48,502 nt of DNA from Candidatus Thorarchaeota archaeon SMTZ1-45 (GCA_001563335.1 LRSL01000054.1:1-48502); one strand, 5' to 3'; positions 1-10,531 are shown, counted from the first letter of the stretch. The notes: a model not told the origin generated them from the letters alone. Numbers and translations: made by a program.

Positions 1-410
1 CCTTTGATGACTTTGCACAGTATATGAAAGAAACTAAGATTCAGGTAGTCACTGATGACCTTACTGTGTCAAATCCTGAGATTGTAAAGAGGGCGATTAA
101 GGATAAGGCTGGAAACGCACTCCTACTCAAAGTGAACCAAATTGGCTCTGTTTCAGAAGCCATTGAAGCAGCTACGATTGCCAACAAGGCTGACTGGGGT
201 GTTGTTGTCAGTCATAGGAGTGGTGAAACTGGGGATACTTTCATTTCAGACCTGTGCGTCGCACTCGGAACAGGACAGCTCAAGACTGGAGGTCCCGCTC
301 GAAGCGATCGAGTTGAGAAATACAATCGACTCATTGAGATTTATGACATTCTTGATGGTAACTGTGGATATCCAGGTTCTGAGTTCAGAACCGCTTGGAG
401 GAGCTACTGA
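1..410 (+). CDS. eno: Enolase, C-terminal part (gene starts upstream of the window)
   Basis: The frame is open from nt 3. Motifs VVTDDLTVSN, LLLKVNQIGS, VSHRSGET and GQLKTG..RSDRVEKYNRL are the enolase C-terminal signature. Confidence 0.96.
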   Translation, partial: FDDFAQYMKETKIQVVTDDLTVSNPEIVKRAIKDKAGNALLLKVNQIGSVSEAIEAATIANKADWGVVVSHRSGETGDTFISDLCVALGTGQLKTGGPARSDRVEKYNRLIEIYDILDGNCGYPGSEFRTAWRSY

Positions 411-1652
411 ATGAGTGACCAAAAAACTGCTGTCTTTGTTGTTATGGATGGTGTTGGTGATAGACCATTAAAGGAGCTGGGAGGTAAGACACCTCTCCAA
501 GCTGCAAAGACACCTACTTTTGATAGGTTAGCTGATGAAGGTCAGAATGCCTTAATGGATGTGATTGGTCCAGGCATCACACCAGGGTCAGATACTGCTC
601 ATCTTGCACTTTTCGGATATGACCCAATTACAGATTATCCTGGTAGAGGTCCGTTAGAGGCTTTTGGAGCTGGTCTAGAAACGAAACCAGGTGATGTTGC
701 CTTTAGAGCTAACTTTGCAACAGTAGACTCTAACATGGTTGTATTGGACAGGAGGGCTGGAAGGGATTTTGAACCTAAGGAACAGGCTGAGCTACAGACA
801 GCTCTCGATGGCATCGAGATTGATGATGTCAAGGTTCGATTCATTGCAACCGTTGAGCATAGAGGTGCTCTCATTCTCAAGGGGGAAGGTCTCTATGCAG
901 AAATCAGTGATGCAGATCCACACGAAGCTGGGAAGAAGATTCTGACAGTTCGTGCTCTCAAACCTGAAGCTGAAAAGACTGCTCAAGTTGTAAACAAGCT
1001 TATGCGAGTTGCACATGAGCGAATGAAGGATTTAGAAACAAATAAAGAACGAGCGAAGAAAGGAATTCCTCTTGCCAATGCACTTCTTCTCAGAGGTCCA
1101 GGGAGGCACAGCGATGTCCCTCCATTACCAGTCCGTTATGGAATTAAAGCAGCTGTGATTGCTGGCGGAGCTTTGTATATTGGAACAGCAAAATATGTCG
1201 GCATGGAACACATCCCCGTTGAGGGTCAGACGGGAAGAATCGATACAAACTTCGATAACATCGCCAAGAAGACAATTGAAACAATCGAAGCTGGCTATAA
1301 CTATGTCTTCGTGCACATAAAAGCAACAGATAATGCCAGCCATGATGGAAACGCAAAGGAGAAGATTCTTGCAATCGAGAGGACTGATTCTATGGTCAGC
1401 AAGATCATTGAGAAGGTCAGCGACAAAATAGTCATTGCAATCACTGGTGACCACACAACCCCTATTTCAGTTGGAGAACATCAATGTGATCCCGTTCCAA
1501 TTGTGTTTTGGTCGAATTTCATTCGTCCCGATTCCGTCAAGAGATTCTCTGAGATTGATGCTGCAGCTGGTGCACTTCACACAATCAGAGGAATTGATGT
1601 CATGCCTCTTCTCCTCGGATACTCAGGATATATTGAGAAATTCGGAGCTTAG
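411..1652 (+). CDS. apgM: 2,3-bisphosphoglycerate-independent phosphoglycerate mutase, archaeal type
   Basis: MDGVGDRP...GKTPLQAAKTP, PGSDTAHLALFGYDP, GRGPLEA, DRRAGR, HIKATDNASHDG and TGDHTTP motifs. The ATG directly abuts the eno stop codon. Confidence 0.95.
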   Translation: MSDQKTAVFVVMDGVGDRPLKELGGKTPLQAAKTPTFDRLADEGQNALMDVIGPGITPGSDTAHLALFGYDPITDYPGRGPLEAFGAGLETKPGDVAFRANFATVDSNMVVLDRRAGRDFEPKEQAELQTALDGIEIDDVKVRFIATVEHRGALILKGEGLYAEISDADPHEAGKKILTVRALKPEAEKTAQVVNKLMRVAHERMKDLETNKERAKKGIPLANALLLRGPGRHSDVPPLPVRYGIKAAVIAGGALYIGTAKYVGMEHIPVEGQTGRIDTNFDNIAKKTIETIEAGYNYVFVHIKATDNASHDGNAKEKILAIERTDSMVSKIIEKVSDKIVIAITGDHTTPISVGEHQCDPVPIVFWSNFIRPDSVKRFSEIDAAAGALHTIRGIDVMPLLLGYSGYIEKFGA

Positions 1653-1677
1653 TGGAAAAAGGCAGTATGAACAGTGT

Positions 1678-3021
1678 CTACACTCTTAGACCAGACTTCC
1701 CAATTGCCCTATATTCAAAATCATGAGAAAGTAGCTCTTCTTCCTCGTAGACATTTCGACCATCCACGAGAGTGCAGGTTCTCATTACCTCTCCCAGTTT
1801 AGAAAAGTCCGGATTATAGTAATCCCTATGTCTTGTCACAAGCGCAAGACAGTCCGAACCTGTCGCAGCAGTATAGAGATTCCTCTCTATCTTTAGTGTA
1901 CCAAGATCCCAGACCTTTACATACGGGTCATGAAGAACCACCCTTGCACCCTTGGCTTCAAGAGCGTTTATCAAGCCTAAAGCTGGAGTGTTCCTGGTGT
2001 CGTCAGAGTTCTCCAAATACGCAATTCCAAGTATTGTCACAGTTGCATCTTGAATCTTGACTCCTCGTTTGTCAAGAGCATCCTCAATTAAGTGTGCCAT
2101 GTGAATAGGCATGTGGTTGTTGATTTCCCGAGCAAGAGAGATAAACCGTGCCTCTACCTTTTGAGTTCCATATTCATTCAGTCCGTGTCGTAATAACCAA
2201 GTGTCTTTCGGTAGACAGTGACCACCAACTCCTGCGCCTGGGATATGCATCATCCTGCTTGGAAGCTCGTTTACAAGCTTTATGACTTCATAGACATTTA
2301 CACCAAGACTCTCACAGACGAGAGCCATTTCGTTGGCAAAAGCTATATTCACATCTCTAAATGCATTCTCAATGGTCTTTGAAATTTCAGCAGTTAGAAC
2401 ATCTGTCTGGTGAACATTTGCTTTCGTAATCTTTGAATAAATATCCACTGCACGCTTAGTACTCTTTGGGGTTATTCCTCCGACAATTCTGGGGAGATTT
2501 ACTATGTTCTCAATCAGCTTACCTGGCATCACGCGTTCGTAAGCAAACGCAAGGTCAAAGTCCTCTCCACCTTTCAAACCTGAGTGTTCCTCGATGATTT
2601 TCTGAACAACATTCTGGGTTGTTCCGGGAGCAACAGTTGACTCAACGATGACCAGTGTATCCTTCCTTAGACGCTCGCCAATTTGCCTACTTACGTCTAT
2701 TAAAGACTCGTACTGAGGAACATGATCTTTGTCCGTGGGTGTTTGAACATCAATCAGAATTACATCAGAGTTCTTCAAGATATCAACGTCATCAGTGACC
2801 TTGAATGATCCTTTTGCAACAACTTTCGCAATCAGCTCAGCGAGACCTGGTTCATCTCCCCCAAATGGCGATTTTCCAGCATTGAGATGTTCGATTTTCC
2901 ACCCAGACCTCTTTGACCTCCTCTGAAGTCCTGTCACCAGAAAACCATCCACATCAGCGAGTATTGCTGCACACGGGATTCCCACATACCCCATTCCGAT
3001 AACAGTGATTCTTGTGGTCAT
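1678..3021 (-). CDS. Nucleotide-sugar dehydrogenase (UDP-ManNAc/UDP-GlcNAc 6-dehydrogenase, WecC/WbpA family)
   Basis: Rossmann motif VIGMGYVG, ESTVAPGTT, ERVMPG, KTIENAFRDVNIAFANE and catalytic GVGGHCLPKD. Start trimmed to the ATG at 3021 (MTTRITVIG) because the longer ORF overlaps the neighbouring gene. Confidence 0.9.
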   Translation of the reverse strand: MTTRITVIGMGYVGIPCAAILADVDGFLVTGLQRRSKRSGWKIEHLNAGKSPFGGDEPGLAELIAKVVAKGSFKVTDDVDILKNSDVILIDVQTPTDKDHVPQYESLIDVSRQIGERLRKDTLVIVESTVAPGTTQNVVQKIIEEHSGLKGGEDFDLAFAYERVMPGKLIENIVNLPRIVGGITPKSTKRAVDIYSKITKANVHQTDVLTAEISKTIENAFRDVNIAFANEMALVCESLGVNVYEVIKLVNELPSRMMHIPGAGVGGHCLPKDTWLLRHGLNEYGTQKVEARFISLAREINNHMPIHMAHLIEDALDKRGVKIQDATVTILGIAYLENSDDTRNTPALGLINALEAKGARVVLHDPYVKVWDLGTLKIERNLYTAATGSDCLALVTRHRDYYNPDFSKLGEVMRTCTLVDGRNVYEEEELLSHDFEYRAIGKSGLRV

Positions 3022-3100
3022 GTGATGCACACTCTTATTGAGTTCTATAAGCAAGCCTGCACGATGCCAAGTTGCTAATATAAAAAGTATTGTTCTCGAT

Positions 3101-3928
3101 TCACTCGACATCTACGACTGAAGATACCCTCTTAATAGAATCCGAAATGAATTGGTCATTGTTTATGCTCATCTTGATGGCATTATCAGGGCAGACCTCA
3201 ATGCATCTCCCACAACCTCTACATTGGTCAGAGATTACCGCTTTTCCATCTAGTAGAGTTATTGCATTCACAAAGCAGATGCTTTCTGTGCATGTACCGC
3301 AACCTGCACACGAATCCGTGACCTCGACATTTACTCCTTGCATCTTGGTGACTTTCCTACCAATTTCAGGGTTCAAATCTGGTAGAATCTTCCATAGACA
3401 GCAACAAGGACAACAATTACACACAGTCAAGAGCTTCTCTCCTGGAGATACTCCTAACCAAGAAGCATCAAGTTTGTTGCGCCCAATCAGGTGAACTAGT
3501 CCTGCCTCCCGACACTTTCTTGCATATTCATGTGCCTCTTCTTTTGTGACACGACGACCTAATTTCGGATTAATCCCTTCAACAGCCTCCCCCAGAAATA
3601 GGCATCCATAATTGATGGGATAATCCTCACATTTGGACGAATCTCGACATATACAGAAATCCATGATCCAATGATGATTTGCCTGCTCAATGAAATGATG
3701 AACAATCTCAGACGGAAGGGGTATTTCCTCAGGTCTTTCTAATTGTTGATTGATCAGAATTGTTTTTTGCGCAACACTGTCCTTTGGTAGGTAGATGATA
3801 TCATCCCCCTCGAAGAGCATCTTATCAACAACTTTTCCTAGGAGTGGAATGTTTGTTGCTTTCGCAATCAATCCTCTATTTGGGAAGGTCTTCTTCAATA
3901 GCTTGACAAACCACATTGGTCGTGCCAT
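3101..3928 (-). CDS. Fe-S protein with a C-terminal 2x[4Fe-4S] ferredoxin domain
   Basis: CICR...C...C and CNCCPCCC clusters, plus C-terminal CAGCGTC...C and CRGCGRCIEVCP. Likely start is the ATG at 3928 (MARPMWF). Confidence 0.85.
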   Translation of the reverse strand: MARPMWFVKLLKKTFPNRGLIAKATNIPLLGKVVDKMLFEGDDIIYLPKDSVAQKTILINQQLERPEEIPLPSEIVHHFIEQANHHWIMDFCICRDSSKCEDYPINYGCLFLGEAVEGINPKLGRRVTKEEAHEYARKCREAGLVHLIGRNKLDASWLGVSPGEKLLTVCNCCPCCCLWKILPDLNPEIGRKVTKMQGVNVEVTDSCAGCGTCTESICFVNAITLLDGKAVISDQCRGCGRCIEVCPDNAIKMSINNDQFISDSIKRVSSVVDVE

Positions 3929-4023
3929 AAAACTGAGGGCTACATTACCACTGATATTCCTATCGTAGTAGACCCAGATGTCAATGGTCATCTTCATATC
4001 GGATATATGTGTGAGAGTTTACG

Positions 4024-4533
4024 ATGACAGTTCGTGAAATTCTCCAGCTTGGAAACCCTCAATTATACGAAAGATCTGAGCATGTTACCTTCTCAGAGCT
4101 TGATAGCATATCTGAGATAGTCGATGATCTCCATGACACCATGATGGAGTTCAGACGGAAATACAGTGTAGGCAGGGCTATTGCAGCACCACAAATTGGT
4201 ATAATGAAACGTATTATCTATATGCACATCGATTCTCCCACTGTCTTCATTAATCCAACTCTCATGAATCTTAGTGATGAGCTGTTTGAAGTCTGGGATG
4301 ACTGTATGTGTTTTCCAGACCTTCTCGTAAGGGTGAGGCGACATAAGCACTGTTCTATTGAATATCGTGATGAAGAGTGGAATCTCAAATCTTTGGATTT
4401 GGAGGATGACCTGTCAGAACTGCTTCAACATGAGTATGATCATTTAGATGGCATTCTTGCAGTTATGCGAGCCATTGATGGGAAATCATTTACTTACAAG
4501 AATCAACTAAAACTTCACACACCTCAAACATAA
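4024..4533 (+). CDS. def: Peptide deformylase-family protein (variant motifs)
   Basis: ILQLGNPQL, GRAIAAPQIG (motif 1), INP, DDCMC (variant of EGCLS) and QHEYDHLDG (HExxH). Confidence 0.88.
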   Translation: MTVREILQLGNPQLYERSEHVTFSELDSISEIVDDLHDTMMEFRRKYSVGRAIAAPQIGIMKRIIYMHIDSPTVFINPTLMNLSDELFEVWDDCMCFPDLLVRVRRHKHCSIEYRDEEWNLKSLDLEDDLSELLQHEYDHLDGILAVMRAIDGKSFTYKNQLKLHTPQT

Positions 4534-4605
4534 AGAGTGTTGAAAACAGTATCCTCATATGCCCCATATCTATTGGATATTCAGTATTGAGAGAGGAAAC
4601 GGGTC

Positions 4606-7600
4606 ATGAGATACTTACGCATAATTATCATTCTCACTATCATTACAGCTGTTGGATTGGTTGTCGGAGGTGCTGCTTACGGTTGGTGGCTTGGCCAGAC
4701 AATTTACATCCATACATTCGACATCAAAGCAGGTGTTGGATTCTGGGAAACTTGGACATTAGAAAACAATGTGTTCACAGCATCACTGCTTCTAGCCATC
4801 TTAACTAGTGTCTTTACACTCTGGACCCGTTCGACATCTCTCTCCTTCATATCAGCACTCGCACAAACTGGCACGCATCTGAAGAAATTGGACATTCGTA
4901 CTGGAGTCCTGTGGAGGTTGCTTCAGATTGGTGGATTTTTCCTCTATTATGTGTCAATTGGGGGCTATTCTCTCACTGGCCAGAATGTTGCATTTCTAAT
5001 GATGCTTATGGGGGATGGAGCAATCTCAGTGACGCCTGCCGAAGTCGGAGTTCTTTTCTCATTACCATTTGCTCCGGGAACTACAGCCTCTTCAATCCAG
5101 AGTCTAATTCCAGCGATGGAGGCATATCAGCTCTATGTCGGACTGATTTCAACCGTAATTGTGGCTACAGCAGCACGATTAGTGCTCAGTGTGATTACTG
5201 ACCTTATGTTGCAACGAAGAGACATCTTTGTTGTGCTGTCTAAGGCGCTTCTCGTGGTTTCATTAGTGTTGATTCTAGAAATCCTCAGTGTACCTACATG
5301 GACTGTCAATGCTGGTACTTGGATGAGCTATCTAGCACTGATAATAGCTCTTGGTGCAAGTCTTGTTGGCTCTGTTGTTTTCATGGTTGTACGAGTTCGT
5401 TCAGGCGACGTGCAACAACGACTAAGGAGCAAAATCGCTTCTCTTGAGGGAGACCTGGCCCGACTACAGGGCGAACTTCTCTCACTTCGTCAGGAGTACG
5501 AAGCTGGAGCGATCGGTGCTGAAGATTACAGAACAAGGGTTAACATGCTTATGGAAGACCGTGTGAACATCTCAAACGAGCTTCGAAGGCTGAAGATCGA
5601 ACGACTACTACCAATAGGTGGTTCCCAGAAGTCATTTGCCATAGTTGCAGGTTTCCTGATTGTGATTGTTATTATGCTTCCCATTATCCAAGGGCTATAC
5701 TATGGAATTCAGATGGATGGAGACCGTTACATAGACTGGAAATTCAATCTGCAAACTAACAAGGAGATTAATATTACTACATGGGCTGCTGGATTGAGTG
5801 ACTTTGAAATAAAACCGATCGAAGATCTAACATTTAATGCCACTCCCGAGAGTGAGGTCGAATCACTCACAACAGTCCGTCAGTGGGACCAAACTGCAAG
5901 TTATTTGCGGATGCGGAATCAGATAGGAACGAATTGGATGCAACTTGCAGACTCAGATATAGTCCTGTTGAAGGATCATGAGTATTGGATTGCCCCACTT
6001 ACTTTCGATACAAGTGCGACTTGGACAAGTTTCATCAATCGCTATATCCTGTACACTCACACGGAAGGTATCGTTGTTCTTGATGCCTTCAGTGGTGAGC
6101 TAGTAGAGGGAGCCAATCTTGTTTCACTCTTCAATCGAACGAAGGATGTGAACATCTATTATGGCGAAGGAAGGGGATTCAATGACATTGTATTTGTCAA
6201 TGTACCAAGCTTTCAGGAAGTAGGAAATACTTCCTTTGAAGGAACTCCTGACTACACTCTTCAAGGCTTTGAGTCCTTCTTCTACTTCCTCACAATGGGT
6301 CCCGAAGCTTGGTCATATCTTGGCAGAGATATGGACATGTTGGTCGAACGGGATGTCCTCTCAAGGGTCGATTCAATAATGTTACAGGGACTATCTGTAG
6401 ACAATGATCCCTACATAGTAGTTGATCCTGATGGAACTCTCTTCTATGCAGTTTCTATCTTTATAGACTATCATCTCTCGACAGGCTACGCGCATGAGAA
6501 CTATATGCGATTCATGGGCGTCTGTCTTGTGAACATTGAAACAGGTGAGATGGAATTCTATTCTGCACCCCATTCTGATGAGGGGCTGTTCCTAGATATT
6601 ACATACAGAACCTACTACGATTGGCAAGATACTCCCGACTGGCTGCAGTCGCAGCTGAAATGGCCTGAAGACCTCTATGAGCGTCAGCTAGAGGTTGCGT
6701 ATATCTATCATGTGACTGAAGGCGAGCAGTGGAGTACTGGCGTTGATTTTCATCAGAAACCAGAGGAATCAGACACTCGATATGTGATCATGAATATTGA
6801 GGGCATTGAACGTTTCGTAGCATACCACAACAGCGAGTTTCGCCAGACTCTAGCTCACAATCTTGCAGGCATCTATATCATGGGGTGTGGTGATACTGAC
6901 TTTGGAAGATTCACATTTTATAAGGCAGGTGAAGATGGGTACGCGAACTGGCTTGGTCCCATTGCCGCTGTTCAGGCATTTGAAACGAATGATGTAGTGC
7001 GAACACAACTTCAGCTGTGGGGAGAGCATAGGTATGGAAACCGACTCCTTTACCATCTTGGTGGAGACCTATTCTTCGTAATCCCCGTGTTTCTCGAGGT
7101 GGAAACCTCTCAGAACCGTGTCATCCAGAAACTTGGTGGCGTAGGTCTCGTTGATGTGCAGACAGGTGACCGTGTGACGCTAGGCGCGAGCGTAGTAGAA
7201 GCCTATTACAAGATGTTTGGCCTTCTGAATCAGACAATTGTTGAGGAGGGTGAAGTTGGTTTCGAGAGTGTTAGCTTCAATCCAGTCACAATTGACTCTG
7301 GAGAGTTCGCAAATCTAATAGCTCTGATGCGAAACAATGACAACATCACACAACATCTCTATTTAGACATCGTAGTAGCATCAGAAAGTAACTTCTCAAT
7401 ATACTGGCATGGATCTGAAGTAATCCCAACCATCCATGTAGGTGATAATCAGACTTTCACACTAGACATTGGTAATGTTGGTGCGGGTGACTTGTATGGA
7501 ACGGCACCGCGTGTGACTGCATACTTGCCTGAGGGTTATGTTCTAGCACAATATCTGGTGCAGATAATCCTACGCACTGATGCCGGAATCGTCGACCAAA

Positions 7601-7626
7601 TCAATCTGCTCTTGACAGTTACCTAG
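4606..7626 (+). CDS. Large membrane protein, UPF0182/COG1615-like
   Basis: Multiple N-terminal TM helices, then a large extramembrane domain with T..A.GL, VRQWD, W.N..I.YTH..G, IYYGEG, D.DPYIV, P.WL..QL..PEDL...Q and YGN.L motifs typical of UPF0182. Confidence 0.75.
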   Translation: MRYLRIIIILTIITAVGLVVGGAAYGWWLGQTIYIHTFDIKAGVGFWETWTLENNVFTASLLLAILTSVFTLWTRSTSLSFISALAQTGTHLKKLDIRTGVLWRLLQIGGFFLYYVSIGGYSLTGQNVAFLMMLMGDGAISVTPAEVGVLFSLPFAPGTTASSIQSLIPAMEAYQLYVGLISTVIVATAARLVLSVITDLMLQRRDIFVVLSKALLVVSLVLILEILSVPTWTVNAGTWMSYLALIIALGASLVGSVVFMVVRVRSGDVQQRLRSKIASLEGDLARLQGELLSLRQEYEAGAIGAEDYRTRVNMLMEDRVNISNELRRLKIERLLPIGGSQKSFAIVAGFLIVIVIMLPIIQGLYYGIQMDGDRYIDWKFNLQTNKEINITTWAAGLSDFEIKPIEDLTFNATPESEVESLTTVRQWDQTASYLRMRNQIGTNWMQLADSDIVLLKDHEYWIAPLTFDTSATWTSFINRYILYTHTEGIVVLDAFSGELVEGANLVSLFNRTKDVNIYYGEGRGFNDIVFVNVPSFQEVGNTSFEGTPDYTLQGFESFFYFLTMGPEAWSYLGRDMDMLVERDVLSRVDSIMLQGLSVDNDPYIVVDPDGTLFYAVSIFIDYHLSTGYAHENYMRFMGVCLVNIETGEMEFYSAPHSDEGLFLDITYRTYYDWQDTPDWLQSQLKWPEDLYERQLEVAYIYHVTEGEQWSTGVDFHQKPEESDTRYVIMNIEGIERFVAYHNSEFRQTLAHNLAGIYIMGCGDTDFGRFTFYKAGEDGYANWLGPIAAVQAFETNDVVRTQLQLWGEHRYGNRLLYHLGGDLFFVIPVFLEVETSQNRVIQKLGGVGLVDVQTGDRVTLGASVVEAYYKMFGLLNQTIVEEGEVGFESVSFNPVTIDSGEFANLIALMRNNDNITQHLYLDIVVASESNFSIYWHGSEVIPTIHVGDNQTFTLDIGNVGAGDLYGTAPRVTAYLPEGYVLAQYLVQIILRTDAGIVDQINLLLTVT

Positions 7627-8570
7627 AGCGAGTACTCTCTGTACCATGAGATGGTCCAATCCAGTCCGGTTGTGAAAGGAACAGCTGGAGAGAACCTCAG
7701 GACATTTGAAGTCCTCCTCATACTTCCAATACTATCCTTCACGTCCCCCTCACGTGCGTCACGATGAATAATGCTTGAAGTTGATTCTGGGATTCTCTCT
7801 TTAACCATTCGAGCTAGGTCTAGAATGCTAGTAGCATCTTCTCCAGATATATTTAGAACCTGATTTGACGCACTCTCAAGCTGACTACCAAGAAGAGTAG
7901 CTCTCACTACATCATCGACATAGATGAAACTTCTAGTCTGCCTTCCGTCCCCATCAATAGTGATGTCTTTATTTCGGAGTCCCCGATTGATAAATATAGA
8001 AATCACTCCACTATACTCTGAATTCTCTTGGCGCGGTCCAAACACATTGAAGTATCTAAATATCGTTGAAGGAATACCATATAGGTCCCCATATGCAATA
8101 CTATACTTCTCAGCAGAGATCTTTGAGGCTGCATAGGGGCTCAGAGGAATTAAAGGCGCTTCCTCTGTAACAGGAAGAGTGTTTGGATTTCCATATACTG
8201 CTGCGCTAGAACTATATACGAATCTCTTTGCATTGTGTTTTCTAGCCATCTCTAAGGCATTTATGGTGCCATGAACATTGGTGTCATTTACAAGAATTGG
8301 GTCTTCAACAGAGAGCTTCACTGATGATATTGCCGCGAGATGGAAGATGACATCAACATCTTCCTTGACTGCAGCAGGGAACTTTTTCTCACAAACATCT
8401 CTCTCCAGGAATTGGAAGGTTTCATGTTTCAGAGCATGTGCCAAGTTCTGCATACTTCCAGTCCTCAGGTTATCTATCCCAATAACAAAGTATCCTCTCT
8501 CTAGTAGCATATCAACAAGGTGGCTTCCGATAAAACCAGCCGCTCCTGTAACAACAGCTCTTTTCGTCAT
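7623..8570 (-). CDS. NAD-dependent nucleotide-sugar epimerase/dehydratase (extended SDR, GalE/WbpP-like)
   Basis: VTGAAGFIGSH, SSSAAVYG, YAASK (YxxxK), RYFNVFGPRQ and GDGRQTRSFIYVDD. Confidence 0.93.
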   Translation of the reverse strand: MTKRAVVTGAAGFIGSHLVDMLLERGYFVIGIDNLRTGSMQNLAHALKHETFQFLERDVCEKKFPAAVKEDVDVIFHLAAISSVKLSVEDPILVNDTNVHGTINALEMARKHNAKRFVYSSSAAVYGNPNTLPVTEEAPLIPLSPYAASKISAEKYSIAYGDLYGIPSTIFRYFNVFGPRQENSEYSGVISIFINRGLRNKDITIDGDGRQTRSFIYVDDVVRATLLGSQLESASNQVLNISGEDATSILDLARMVKERIPESTSSIIHRDAREGDVKDSIGSMRRTSNVLRFSPAVPFTTGLDWTISWYREYSL

Positions 8571-8665
8571 TGCTAGTGTTACATGTAAAAAGAGTCCTGT
8601 TAATATTTTCCAAGGTATTCCAAAGGCCTATATTGTGCAAAGAATGACAATTCATTGGAACCCTC

Positions 8666-8953
8666 ATGTACTTCGTCTATATCATTGAAACAGAAGATGG
8701 AACTTACTATACAGGAATGACCAATGATCTTGCTAGACGGTTCCAAGAACACCTCTCAGGGAATTCTAAATCAGCTGCTTATCTCAAAATGCATAAACCA
8801 GAATATGTTGTCTATATGACGGAGTGCAGCACACGAGCAGATGCTATGTGTCTTGAACAGCAGCTCAAGAAAGATTACAATCTCAAAATGGAACGTATCG
8901 GTCCACGACGTGATATTAGAGAAGTTATTGACACTGAACTTAGTTATCGATAG
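8666..8953 (+). CDS. Small GIY-YIG nuclease-family protein (UPF0213/YhbQ-like)
   Basis: YFVYII...DGTYYTGMTNDLARRFQEH..G and A...EQQLK. Confidence 0.88.
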   Translation: MYFVYIIETEDGTYYTGMTNDLARRFQEHLSGNSKSAAYLKMHKPEYVVYMTECSTRADAMCLEQQLKKDYNLKMERIGPRRDIREVIDTELSYR

Positions 8954-9001
8954 CGCTCTTCTCGAAGTGTTCTTATCGAGGACTTGCCAGTCAAATAACA
9001 A

Positions 9002-10531
9002 GTGATGCTGATGACTGAGATAGTCTTGGCAATTGATGCAGGAACGACTGGTGTGCGGTCCATGTTCTTCGACAAGAAAGGACGGGTAATGGGCATGGCT
9101 TACTCTGAATATAAGAGTGAATATCCCAGTCCATCGTGGGTAGAACAGGATGCTGAGAGTTGGTGGTCAAAATCTTGTGAGACCATTAAAACCGCTCTGG
9201 CTGATACTGGTCAAGGACCTGAGAACGTCGTAGGTGTTAGCGTAACAAATCAACGAGAAACGATTGTTCCGATTGCTGAAAATGGAACCCCATTACGAAA
9301 TGCTATAGTCTGGCAGGACAGACGGACCATTCCTCAATGTGAGTGGATATGTAATCAGATGTCTGAGGATGAAGTCTACTCGATAACTGGACTCACAGTC
9401 GACCCTTATTTTTCAGCACCAAAAATACTCTGGATTAAGGAAAAGGAACAGTCCAGCTTCAAGAAAGCACACAAGTTCCTGCTTGTACATGACTACCTCA
9501 TTCATTGTCTATCTGACGAACTTATCACTGACTTCTCGAATGCCAGTAGGACTATGCTCTTTGATGTTCGAAGAGCCACTTGGTCTGAGAGAATGCTAGA
9601 TGTTCTCGGAATTCCAAACGAAAAACTACCCACTCCCGTTGAACCCGGGGCACGAATAGGTGAGATCACTGCAAGTGCTGCCAACGATACTGGTCTTGGG
9701 GAGGGCACGCCTGTTATTGCAGGTGGTGGGGACCAACAATGTGCAGCTCTCGGTGTTGGAGTGGTCAAGGAGGGCATGCTCAAATCAACAACAGGCACAG
9801 GTACCTTCATGCTTGCTCATTCCAAGACTATCCGGTTAGATCCAGGCAGACGAGTGCTTTGTAGTCGTCATGTTGTTCCCAATGCGTTCGTAGTAGAAGC
9901 AAGTATGTTCACAACTGGGTCTGCGCTTAAGTGGTTCAGAGATAATCTGGGGAGCGAAGAACGAACTGTTGCACATGACAAAGGCATAGACCCGTATGAG
10001 ATTATCACAGAAGAAGCTAGCAAGATACCTGCTGGCTCGGAAGGTGTACTTCACATCCCCCATTTTGTCGGAGCTGGAGCCCCAAATTGGAATCCTCACG
10101 CACGTGGTATCTTTGCTGGTCTTGCATTGGGTCACACCCGTGCTCACATCATTCGATCCATTCTCGAAGGTGTATCCTATGAGATTCGAACCAATGTTGA
10201 AGTGATGCGAGAACTTGGACTGCCATCCAAAGAGGTTCGTGTCACAGGTGGTGCAGCAAGAAGTAAGGTATGGATGCAGATTCAGGCTAACATACTTCGA
10301 ACACCAGTAATTCGCACTCAGTTAGAAGAAGCTACCGCTGTGGGTGCAGCTATTTTGGCGTTTAAAGGAATAGGGGTCTTCAAATCAGTGACTCAGGCAG
10401 CTGAGGAGATGGTGAAAACACTTCCTCCTTTGTCCCCAACAAAAGACACTCTTGAGGTGTATCAAAAGGGATACAAGAAGTTCAAGGAACTGTATTCTGC
10501 AATCTCTGACCTACGGCTTGATGAAGACTAG
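9002..10531 (+). CDS. FGGY-family carbohydrate kinase (xylulokinase/glycerol kinase-like)
   Basis: IDAGTTG, WVEQD, TNQRET, AIVWQDRRT, DFSNASRTMLFD, GGGDQQ and VTGGAARS. Confidence 0.92.
   Translation: MMLMTEIVLAIDAGTTGVRSMFFDKKGRVMGMAYSEYKSEYPSPSWVEQDAESWWSKSCETIKTALADTGQGPENVVGVSVTNQRETIVPIAENGTPLRNAIVWQDRRTIPQCEWICNQMSEDEVYSITGLTVDPYFSAPKILWIKEKEQSSFKKAHKFLLVHDYLIHCLSDELITDFSNASRTMLFDVRRATWSERMLDVLGIPNEKLPTPVEPGARIGEITASAANDTGLGEGTPVIAGGGDQQCAALGVGVVKEGMLKSTTGTGTFMLAHSKTIRLDPGRRVLCSRHVVPNAFVVEASMFTTGSALKWFRDNLGSEERTVAHDKGIDPYEIITEEASKIPAGSEGVLHIPHFVGAGAPNWNPHARGIFAGLALGHTRAHIIRSILEGVSYEIRTNVEVMRELGLPSKEVRVTGGAARSKVWMQIQANILRTPVIRTQLEEATAVGAAILAFKGIGVFKSVTQAAEEMVKTLPPLSPTKDTLEVYQKGYKKFKELYSAISDLRLDED

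Noticed and set aside
3101-3928. Selenocysteine (UGA) recoding in the Cys-rich Fe-S protein or other genes
   Set aside because: No ORF appears interrupted at a catalytic Cys position; the TGA codons seen fall at natural protein ends.
8666-8953. GIY-YIG gene as a homing endonuclease or mobile element
   Set aside because: Only 95 aa with no DNA-binding extension, intron or flanking repeats; it fits the stand-alone UPF0213 type.
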